DNA of 63,892 bases, counting the filler. It is 6 parts of 6 records of this genome, joined end to end, with 100 filler letters (N's around TTAATTAATTAA, not from the genome) between each part and the next. Parts side by side here need not be neighbours in the genome. Positions count along the whole stretch, not along the records: positions 37,712 to 58,686 come from DRR723986_17756; 5 more parts are not named here. The stretch is one strand, 5' to 3'. Positions 38,630 to 48,100 of the stretch are shown here, in pieces. The notes under the pieces are model-generated. The model worked only from the letters and a program-made list of their open reading frames with translations, made no database searches and was not told where the DNA came from. The position numbers were made by a program, and so were the translations under genes. Each line of letters opens with the position of its first letter. Position 1 is the stretch's first letter.

Positions 38630-40555
38630 TTACTTGCTCGAATCAAAACGGTAGATGCACTGGCCTTTGACACTGTCGACCAGATAGAAGACCTCGCCGT
38701 TTTGATCTTCACCGAACGCAAGTACAGCAATGCCCTTTTCGACAAGCTGCTCGTTGGTTGTCGCAACCCCTTCGTCGTTGACTCCGAGTGCCCAAATCGC
38801 TCCCGAAACATAATCGGCGTACAAGTATTTGCCGCTGAGTTCCGGTACGCGATTGCTTCGGTAGACACGACCACCAGTGATCGACTTCCCGACGCTATGG
38901 TCGTAAGCCCAAACCGGATCGATGGGCTCAGAAACGCCCTTGAACGTGGGACGTGGACCGAATGAGTAATTGCCTTCACGGTTACTCCAGCCATAGTTGC
39001 CACCGGACTCCAGGATGTTGACTTCTTCCCAGAGTTCTTGTCCAACATCGCCGCACCACAGGCGTCCCGTTTCCTTGTCGAACGCAATCCGCCAAGGATT
39101 TCGCAAACCATAGGCGAACACTTCCGGTCGCACGCCATCAACGTCGACAAAGGGATTGTCGGCAGGAATGCTGTAAGCTCGATCGCCATCTGCATTGTCG
39201 ATATCAATCCGCAAGACCGAACCGAGTAGCTTCCCGCGATCTTGGCCTGATTCGACAGGATCGTTTCTCGAACCACCATCGCCGAAGCTAACGTACAAGT
39301 ATCCGTCTGGTCCGAATTCGATCGAACCACCGTTGTGATTTTGGAATGGCTGTTCCAGTTCCAAAATCACTTTCTCGGTGTCACGTTTTGCGCGGCCTGA
39401 GTCATCAACTTCGAAACGCGACACGACACTTTGATGGCTGCCATCACGTGTGTAGCAGACGAAAAACTGGCCGTTCTCAGTAAACTTGGGATGCATGGCC
39501 AGCCCAAGCAAGCCCTGTTCGTTGGCTCCACGTGATGGAAACTGTGAAACGACGTCCTGCAGGTCCAGTACAACGCTGGCTTTCGATGCATCAGGCTGAT
39601 TGGGGAACGAATAGACAAGTCCACGTTGGGCAATTGCAAACAGTCGATCGTCACCCTTGGCATAAGTCAGCTCGAGCAGTCGCATTGCCTTGCGTTGGCG
39701 TCCATCTTCATCGATCGGCTCCCAGCCCTCCCACTTGAGGTTCGGAAACGCTAGAGATGTGGTAACGTCAATCTTTCCAGTTATGGGCTGCGCACTGGAG
39801 CCATCCTCGTTCAGTCGACGCACCTTGATGCTTCGGTAGGAAACCAGATCGTTGTGGTCTTGCAGGCAAATATGGCCTTCGCCAGCCGCGCCGAATCCGT
39901 CGAACTTAGCGAACTTGCTCTTCGCGACCCGCTTCTTCCAATCCGCACTCCCCAGCTTGAACCGATAGTAAAGTTGACCGTTGATGGCAACTTCGCAGTT
40001 CTTGGGCGAAATCCGCAAGAACATTTGGTTCCACTCACCAACCGGTCGAGTAGCATCCAGCTCGCCTGTTTCTCCCGTCCACGACGGTGCAGTTGGACGA
40101 TAGAGCTGGTACAGCCAGCCCGCCTTCTGTGGGTCATGTCCCGCGTTGTTATCTTGTACTTGAATTTCTGGACCGCTGTGCCAAGGACGTGGGTTGTCCT
40201 CGGTTACGTGGAACATGACCCCACTATTGCCGCCTTCAGAAATCTTGAACTCCAAAGACAGCTCAAAGTACTCATACTTGTCCTTGGTGACGATGTCGCC
40301 GGCTCCTTTTTCAGACCTGACGAGAGCCCCGTCAACAATCTTCCAGCCGTCGGACAATGAATCCTTCTGGTAATTTCGCCAGCTATCAGCCGACTTACCA
40401 TCGAACAACAACTCCCAACCGCTCAACTCTTCAGATCGGGTCAACGAATTTGCCGTTTCCGCCCGAACCGGAACGCTCATCGTCGCAGCCGAGCCTGCAA
40501 CGCATACGGCAATAAGAGCCGTCGGTAACTTTTCAACTAGAGATCTAATCATCAA
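38630..40555 (-). CDS. DUF1080 + PQQ-dependent sugar dehydrogenase (Gdh-B/Asd-type) fusion, secreted
   Basis: N-part GWELLFDGKS..GNSGV..GPEIQVQD..ICLQDH (DUF1080); C-part EQGLLGLAMHP, NHNGGSIEFGPDGYLY..GDGG, YGLRNPWR, GGNYGW. Confidence 0.88.
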   Translation of the reverse strand: MMIRSLVEKLPTALIAVCVAGSAATMSVPVRAETANSLTRSEELSGWELLFDGKSADSWRNYQKDSLSDGWKIVDGALVRSEKGAGDIVTKDKYEYFELSLEFKISEGGNSGVMFHVTEDNPRPWHSGPEIQVQDNNAGHDPQKAGWLYQLYRPTAPSWTGETGELDATRPVGEWNQMFLRISPKNCEVAINGQLYYRFKLGSADWKKRVAKSKFAKFDGFGAAGEGHICLQDHNDLVSYRSIKVRRLNEDGSSAQPITGKIDVTTSLAFPNLKWEGWEPIDEDGRQRKAMRLLELTYAKGDDRLFAIAQRGLVYSFPNQPDASKASVVLDLQDVVSQFPSRGANEQGLLGLAMHPKFTENGQFFVCYTRDGSHQSVVSRFEVDDSGRAKRDTEKVILELEQPFQNHNGGSIEFGPDGYLYVSFGDGGSRNDPVESGQDRGKLLGSVLRIDIDNADGDRAYSIPADNPFVDVDGVRPEVFAYGLRNPWRIAFDKETGRLWCGDVGQELWEEVNILESGGNYGWSNREGNYSFGPRPTFKGVSEPIDPVWAYDHSVGKSITGGRVYRSNRVPELSGKYLYADYVSGAIWALGVNDEGVATTNEQLVEKGIAVLAFGEDQNGEVFYLVDSVKGQCIYRFDSSK

Positions 40556-40971
40556 TTGAACTTCTCAACGTAAATGAAACGTGATGATGCCGCCGTGAGG
40601 TAGTCTGAATCGCAGCACCACCGGCAAGCAGTTGACTGTGTAAAGATGGGACTGATTTTAGGCAATAGAGCTCGCTAGTGCGATGATGCGAACCTTTCAA
40701 AGGCCAATTTTGATTGGAAGTTTCAGGTTCCGCTGCCGGGCCTGCGGGCTCGGTGACCGAAACACAGTCAAACCAGACCGATTCACCGCACCTCGTCCCC
40801 AACTTTGAATGCTGAAATTGCCCGCTCACTCCGTCTTGATGCCGACGCCTCGAAGCCGCAAACGCGTACTCGAAAGGAATGAAGGCGCTGCTGTGGGCTG
40901 TCTTCCGTCCACCAACGCTCCATCTTACTCTGGCCTGCCAAAGTTAGTCTTGGATACTTGATTACGGTACA

Positions 40972-41586
40972 ATGCACCGTATGAACACCGACACCAATTC
41001 TAACGCGACCCGCCTAAGCCTTCTCTCCAGGGCAGTCGACAGAGACTCTGCAGCCTGGGAGCAAATCGTTGATCTGTACGGGCCACTGATCGCTCACTGG
41101 TGTCAGCGTGCCGGGCTAGATTCACATCAATCGGCTGATTGCGTTCAAGAGGTCTTTGCCGCATTAAGTCGCTCACTAGGCAGCTTTAAGCCTCAAGATA
41201 AGGGTGGAGCGTTTCGCGGTTGGTTGTGGACCATCACGGCTAACAAGATCAAAGACCTACACCGGAAAGACCGTCGCCACCCATCTCCCTCTGGTGGTAG
41301 CAGTGCTGCGATGGCGATCGGGCAAGTGATCGATCCACTGCCCGATGACGAGCCATCCGACGAACAGCAATTGAGCGCTTTGATGTCGCGAGCCCTAGAA
41401 CAGATTCGCCATGAATTTGCACCGCGAAGCTGGGAGATATTTCACCGCGCAGCCATGGATAGAATCGACACCGCTACTGTGGCGGCTGAATTCAATACAA
41501 CACCGGCGGCGATCCGCCAAACCCGTTCACGCATCATGCGTCGCCTACGCCAACAATTGGGCGACGCCACCGACCATCACGGTTAA
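40972..41586 (+). CDS. ECF sigma-70 factor (planctomycete kinase-associated type)
   Basis: TRLSLL..D.AAWEQIVDLYGPLI; VQEVF; GAFRGWLWTITANK; region 4 VAAEFNTTPAAIRQTRSRIMRRLR. Confidence 0.9.
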   Translation: MHRMNTDTNSNATRLSLLSRAVDRDSAAWEQIVDLYGPLIAHWCQRAGLDSHQSADCVQEVFAALSRSLGSFKPQDKGGAFRGWLWTITANKIKDLHRKDRRHPSPSGGSSAAMAIGQVIDPLPDDEPSDEQQLSALMSRALEQIRHEFAPRSWEIFHRAAMDRIDTATVAAEFNTTPAAIRQTRSRIMRRLRQQLGDATDHHG

Positions 41587-41609
41587 CAGCGATCCTGGGC
41601 GCAAACAGC

Positions 41610-44600
41610 CTAAGTCTCACTTCGATGTCGTGCTAGCTCTCCCTCTGTGATTGCACCATTCCGGTTGTAGTCAGCGCCAACCGGCTTGATGGGCATATGT
41701 TCCGATTCAGTGCGCGAGAGTTCGCCATCGCGATCCCTGTCATATTTTCCAATTTGACGCCATGCCCATTCCAAAGACGAATCGATACTGCGACGAACAA
41801 TTGGCTGCAAATCGATGAACTCTATAGCATTGATTCGTTCATCTCCGTCTCGATCTACGGAAACGCAGAGTTTCTGCCAGTCTAAACCACTATCAACTGC
41901 AACGTCGGCCTCAACCAATTGCTCTCGCATAACCTCCTTAACTCGATCAAAAGCAACGGAAGTCGTCTCGGTAGCATCATGTTCGATGCCAAGCTGAGAC
42001 GCATACCATCGCTCTCTCTGTTCATATTCCAAGCGACTCTGAAATTTATACTGCTGTTCACGTTCAAACTGGGAATAGATCTCAGAAGAGATTAAAAACT
42101 CAATCCATTGTTCTCGGGTAACGGATTGCAAACCAACTCTTGAGCTTCCCTTGAGTTCTGGAAAATCCAACTCTACCTTTACTTTGACTGAATTCGAAGT
42201 GCGGTAGGTATTTGGGATTGCCGAGAATAGGAGATCAAAAGTCGTGGACTCAGTTCGTTGAAGAATCTGATTCAAGAATGATTGATAGGCGTCTGGTTCA
42301 AACGCCGCTTCTGCCAATTTCATCAATGCGAAGACCTCAACATCTGCTTCTGCACTAATGCTTCTGAGATTCAACTCGATTGCTCCAAGTTCGCCACCGC
42401 GAAAAAGGCGATACGCATTGCGAAACCCTGAATCTATCGGCGTTGTCGAGAGCAATTCTTCCAAGTCCCACTTGTTGGCTCGTTCGTGCACGAAGCAGCG
42501 GATTTCTTCGCGTTTTAGGAAAAAATCTTGATCGCGGTTCAACGCGCAGAGGAAGTACAAAATGCGTTCGGCACGGATGATAGAACTTCTGTCATACTCA
42601 TTCGACTGCTCCAAGGTCGACTTGAGGACTCGCTGTGCTTCTTTAGCAACCTCCTGCGCCCACAAGACGTTCCAGCCGTACGCGCCGCCCTCAGGATATT
42701 CTTCCAACCAGTATTCAGGTGTGTCTTCATGTACAATTCTAAGTGCATCAATAAGCAATTCAGCAACAGGGCGTTCCGTGTACGACAACTGTGCATTTTC
42801 ACGGAAGACTTCAATAGCGGCAGCACGCAACTCAGGTGCATCGCCGGTCTCCAGGACATCATCTAGAACCCAGCGGTAGAGATCAGTAATCTCCTCGACT
42901 TTTCGGCCGCCAAATTGAAAGCCCTTTGAAATAACCCGAGTTTTCCACTGGATGTCACCGTCGGACTCAAGCTCGTGTAGCAATAGATCAAAATAAGCTT
43001 TTCCCCTATTTGCTAGCGACAGAATCGCGAAGGATTGTTCGTCCAGAGACTTGCGACCACGCCTCGCGGCAGAGTTTAACTCAGCCTGCATACTACCTCT
43101 CCGTCCGGGCAGGGACTGCAAGACAGCCGTTGAGATACGCTGACCAGTTGCCTCGTCGCAGAGTGCCTTAAGCGCGATAAACACTTCCTCCAATGCGGCT
43201 GGGCTTCGTTCTCTGCGCATCAGTTCAAGCCACTGCCCAAGTGTTTTGTTGTCGTACATGGGCTCGTCGGCGAATTCATCTCTGGGAGTAGCGAGAGACG
43301 AGTTGGCAAGCGGAGCTATCTCGTTCGCAACCGCCTCAGACTGCCGCGCATCATCAGCAATCAATTGCACGCGAGCCACCTTGGTTTCGCCACGCATGAC
43401 GGATACGCTTCCGCCAACAACACGCACCGAGTCACTTCCAGCCCCCAAGACAACTTCATATTTGCCCGCCCAAAGCCGAGTTGTCTCGGCAGCTCCCTTG
43501 ATCGTCAACTCTTTGGCAACCTTGCCCGCCTGCCGAACTTCAACGGTGATTCCGGGAACGTCAGATTCGACAACCAATTGCCCCTTCTGCGTCTCCAGGG
43601 CGAATACTATCCCGGCTGTCGCCAGTGCGAGGACTAATGCAGCGGTGGTCAACCAAGCCCACGTTGATGAACGAATCTCACCACCGGAGTTCTGAAAGCT
43701 GGGCTCCAGCACGCGCTCAGGCTGGGCTAGACGTTCGCTATCGCGCACCTTGGCGATCGCAGGTAGACAAACGGATTCCGGGACTTCGAAGTCAGCCTCG
43801 GAATCCGCTTGCTCGCTTGCCACTTCGACCAAACGTGACAAGTCCGCGTCGCCTGAGAATTCGCAGAGCCTCTCCGCAACGTGGTCCGCACTGGGCGGTC
43901 GCTGCTCGGGTGAGCGGGCAAGCAACTCGGAAACCAATTTCACCAAGCCACTTGGAACATCATCGCGAATCGTATCGATCGAGGGCGGCTGATGCATTGC
44001 CAGCAAGCGTAGTTTTGCCAAGGGAGAAAGCGACGGAGCAATTGACAAAGGTGTGCGTCCGGCCAGCAACCGGAAGATGGTCGCACCAAGCGAGTATAGG
44101 TCTGCACGGTAATCGACCGCCTCGGGTCTTTCGGCTTGTTCAGGAGCCATGTAGTCTAGGGTGCCCATCAGTTGCCCAACCGTAGTCAGCTCTACAGAAG
44201 CCTCATCCCACAATTCAGTCTGTGCCAATCCAAAATCCAGCAGCTTAGCGCTGCCGTCACGAGAAACGACTATGTTCGATGGCTTGATGTCCCGATGAAC
44301 GACCCCAGAGGCATGGGCATGGGCTAGTCCAGAAGCGATTTGCCTGGCAATCTCGCAAGCATCCGCGATTTCGAGCTTCCCTGCGTTTCGCACAAGGCGA
44401 CTCAGATCGAGCCCATCCACTAGCTCCATCACCAAATAGTGAACACCCGCCACCTCGCCCGCGTCGGTGGCCCGAACAATTGCGACATGCTCAAGACCGC
44501 CTGCGGCACGCATCTCTCTTTGGAAACGGGCCGCGAATTGTGGATCGCGAAAAACTGCGCTCGGCAACAGTTTGATCGCCACTTCTTTACCCAATTTCCG

Positions 44601-44996
44601 ATGCTTGGCGACGTAAACCGTCCCCATCCCGCCTCGCCCCAAAGGCCGCAAGAGTTCATAGCCGGCGATTTCGTGTCCCAACATCGGCCAGGGACTACCA
44701 GGCGTTTCCTCCGGTGGAGTTGTTGATCCGCTCGGCACGTGCAACTTTGCCGCCCTTATCGCTTGGTCGATCGGACCATTGATTCTGCTCGCGACGCCAT
44801 CTTCGCTGGCTGAACCAGCATCTGGTCGAACTGCTTGCAACAGTGTGTCGGGCTCCGCTTCCAGTGCCACGACAGTCTCTTCGCAGGCAGCGCAGAGAGC
44901 CAAGTGCTCTTCAATTCGAACAGCATCAGCGTCGTTGGCCCATCCCGACAAGTAATTTTGTAACTGCCCGCGTGACAGACACTGCTGCGTCATCAT
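41610..44996 (-). CDS. Ser/Thr protein kinase with N-terminal zinc anti-sigma motif, TM helix and C-terminal EF-hands
   Basis: HLALCAAC (HxxxCxxC); LGRGGMGTV, VAIK, HRDIKPSN, DFGLA, YMAPEQ; TM WLTTAALVLALATAGIVF; DRDGDERINAIEF, DRDRDGELSRTES, DYNRNGAITEGEL. Confidence 0.92.
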   Translation of the reverse strand: MMTQQCLSRGQLQNYLSGWANDADAVRIEEHLALCAACEETVVALEAEPDTLLQAVRPDAGSASEDGVASRINGPIDQAIRAAKLHVPSGSTTPPEETPGSPWPMLGHEIAGYELLRPLGRGGMGTVYVAKHRKLGKEVAIKLLPSAVFRDPQFAARFQREMRAAGGLEHVAIVRATDAGEVAGVHYLVMELVDGLDLSRLVRNAGKLEIADACEIARQIASGLAHAHASGVVHRDIKPSNIVVSRDGSAKLLDFGLAQTELWDEASVELTTVGQLMGTLDYMAPEQAERPEAVDYRADLYSLGATIFRLLAGRTPLSIAPSLSPLAKLRLLAMHQPPSIDTIRDDVPSGLVKLVSELLARSPEQRPPSADHVAERLCEFSGDADLSRLVEVASEQADSEADFEVPESVCLPAIAKVRDSERLAQPERVLEPSFQNSGGEIRSSTWAWLTTAALVLALATAGIVFALETQKGQLVVESDVPGITVEVRQAGKVAKELTIKGAAETTRLWAGKYEVVLGAGSDSVRVVGGSVSVMRGETKVARVQLIADDARQSEAVANEIAPLANSSLATPRDEFADEPMYDNKTLGQWLELMRRERSPAALEEVFIALKALCDEATGQRISTAVLQSLPGRRGSMQAELNSAARRGRKSLDEQSFAILSLANRGKAYFDLLLHELESDGDIQWKTRVISKGFQFGGRKVEEITDLYRWVLDDVLETGDAPELRAAAIEVFRENAQLSYTERPVAELLIDALRIVHEDTPEYWLEEYPEGGAYGWNVLWAQEVAKEAQRVLKSTLEQSNEYDRSSIIRAERILYFLCALNRDQDFFLKREEIRCFVHERANKWDLEELLSTTPIDSGFRNAYRLFRGGELGAIELNLRSISAEADVEVFALMKLAEAAFEPDAYQSFLNQILQRTESTTFDLLFSAIPNTYRTSNSVKVKVELDFPELKGSSRVGLQSVTREQWIEFLISSEIYSQFEREQQYKFQSRLEYEQRERWYASQLGIEHDATETTSVAFDRVKEVMREQLVEADVAVDSGLDWQKLCVSVDRDGDERINAIEFIDLQPIVRRSIDSSLEWAWRQIGKYDRDRDGELSRTESEHMPIKPVGADYNRNGAITEGELARHRSET

Positions 44997-45118
44997 TCTT
45001 CGTCCCCAGGTAGAACTGCTACATAGATAGTAGCGGAAGACGACCGCAGAGGCGGCACCGACAGTCATGTTCCACTATTTACTAGAACGAATCGCGCGTG
45101 ACACGCGAGCAGAGAAAA

Positions 45119-48100
45119 TTAGTCGTCTTTTGCAGAGCGGTCGATTTCTGCTTGGAGATCGCGATACTCCGTCAAGCAACTGTCAATTGAAGCCTTCAAT
45201 TGCTCAAGCTGGGTTCGACTGAGCGCACTCGCCTCCAGGGCAGGGCGAAGGCCATCATAGAGAAGCTGAAATTGACTCTGGACTAGATCCGTCATCACGC
45301 GGGGAACACTGTGCTGGACAATCACCTTTTGTTCTGGAAGCGTATCAGCCGTCTTGCCGTTCTGAGACGCATCCATCCACCGCTTCATCTCGGCGGTTGC
45401 AGACTCCATCTGTCGCGACATGGATTGACCCAGTTGATCAACGTTCTGAGACAACTGGCCAAGTCCCTCTCCTAGGACGGCCCGATCTTCGGAAGTATCT
45501 CCCGATGCAATCACCTGCTCAATGGTGCGACGAATCGATTCGAGTCCATCGCGGAGTCCCGTAAGACTACGTAAGATTTGCGCGGCGCTGTCTTCACCGT
45601 CGACGCCTTGCATTCGAACGCTCTCAACGTAAGCGTACTTGATCTGCTCCCATCGCTGCCGCTGCTCATCGGACAACTCACCCAGCAGCTCGTAGAACTT
45701 CAGCAGATTCGACTCGCCGTCTCGCGTCAGCGTTTGAGCATCCTGTTCGTAGTTCGCAATCAGCAACTCGGTCAATTCACGGTCGTTCATCACAGGAACG
45801 ATCTTCTCAGCAATGCGATTCATATTGCGGTAGCTGCCCTGCAATTTGAAAGGCGGTTCGGTGCGATAACTGTCCGCCTGAGAAGCACTTTGGATGTACG
45901 CGCGATTCACTTTGAGTACGATGTCGCGAGCTCGCATCAGTTTGATCAAGACTTGGTAGATGTCGGAAACCTGATCTGCCGACATATTGCCACTTAAATC
46001 CAAGCCTTCCATTGTCTGCCGACGGGCCGCTGCGAACATCGCAAGTTGGTCTTTTCGCGATGCTCGGGAGAGATTCTGCAGGACCGGATTGCTGGTCAGT
46101 GCATTTTCGACGTAACTTAGTTCAAACGCTTCACGCGAATCACCGATGATCTCGCCCAAGTTGTACACGTCCGCGCGATTGGAAAGCATGTCAGGAATCT
46201 GAAAACGATCACCGCTTTCGGTGTATGGATTGCCCGCCATGACCACGCACACTTTGCGTCCGCGCAAGTCATAGGTCTTCGATTCTCCTTTCCAAACACC
46301 TTCGATCCGTCGCGTCGCATCGCACAACGGAATAAACTTTTGCAGTAGCTCAGGATTGCAATGCTGAATGTCGTCCAGGTACAGCATAACGTTGTCGCCC
46401 ATCTCGAGCGCCAAATTGATCTTCTCGACCTCTTCACGGGCCGACGCGTTTTTCGCTTCTGCGGGATCAAGACTAGTGACCGAATGGCCTAAGGCGGGGC
46501 CGTTAACTTTGACGAAGACGATGCCGAGTCGATTTGCAATGTACTCCATCAAAGTTGTCTTGCCGTAGCCCGGTGGACTGATCAACAGCAAAAGTCCCAT
46601 TCGGTCTGAACGCTTGTTATCACCGGCGGCCCCCATCTGCTTGGCAAGGTTGTCGCCGACCAACGGCAAATAAACTTCGTCGATTAGTTGATTGCGAACA
46701 AAGCTAGTCAGCACGCGTGGCTTGAAGTCATCCACCTTCAAATCATTGGCAGCCAGGGTCAACAATTCGTGCTTGGTTGTCTTCAGCTTGCGATACCGCG
46801 GCAGCGTGTCGTCGGTGTATTGGTGCAATCGTTGGCGAAATTCGTGAAAGTGGAACTTGGCTGCTGAACCGGAGATCAACGGGTGATCGCCGACCAATCC
46901 ACTGACGTTGTGAGCGACTTCGCCCGGTGGCCCCGCGATGACTTGTTCGCGTGGAATCAGCAGCAGCGAAGCCACTTCGTCGAGGTAGTTCGTCGCTGGA
47001 TCGAGATCATCGTCATTCCCCAAGTGGCGAAGATAGCCTTCGGCTGCATCGGTAGCCAGTACCCACGCCTTCATTCCGTCGGCGGTCTGCTGCTCAAGCG
47101 TTTCGTGCAATCGAGCCCGTTGTTTTGTGGGCAGATACTCATCGATGCTGGTGGCAATCTCCACCGCTCGTGGACTTGCCAAGAACTGCACCTGCGGCTG
47201 TTTCAACGTATGGAAGAGATACTGCGCTGCATGCCCTACAGGGATGCCTCGCCACTGCAACAATTCTCCCGCGTACTCGGTCAACGCGCCGGCAATGAAC
47301 GCCTCATACCCATCACTCGCTTGCACCTGCGGAAGTAATTCTGAGACGGCGGCGAACCCTTGTGTCCACTGACTAGCAGTTTTCTGCAACGGCTCAGGTA
47401 CCAAGCAAAACCAACTGTAGAACGCCACTCCACGCAAACTCGGGGAGAAATTCAGTAGCCCAAGCTGTCGTTTGGTCTTCAAGAATAGCGTCAAGAACTT
47501 CTCTGTATCTGCATCATGGACACCGCGTGAAAATCCGCCGTCGTGCATCTGCTGCATCTGGTCGCGGATCCAATCCACTCGGGCTTTCTCGTCGCCCTGC
47601 AAGTACTCTGCTTCACCATTGGAGGTACCGGACAACTGGCTTGCCAATTGATACGCCAAATACTCAGCACGATAAACCGACTCGTTTTCACTTGGCAGGT
47701 GCTGGTTCCACAGATCCTTGGCCGCGTCCAGATCTGGCGCTGACATGCTTTCGTAGAACTGGGTTCCTGTCAGGTGTAGTTTGATGTTTCCATCACGGAC
47801 AACCGTCGTCAGCTCGACTGGCTGCGTATTCACATTGAAGAAGTGCTTGCCAAACTTGATTTGGCCTTCTCCACCGACAAATAAATCCTCGCGATCTTGC
47901 AGTTGTCGTTGCGAATCGTCTGCTATCGCCTTCAATTTGCTGGTCAAATCGTCCATTCGGACCGAATCACCAAGTTGCCCCAACTGCTCTGCAATCTGGC
48001 GCACTTTTGCGACCATGGGATCAGACGCAAAATACGAACGCAGTGCATCGGCATCCTTTTGCCGCATCGCGCGGCCATGAATGCCCTCCATGATGCGACC

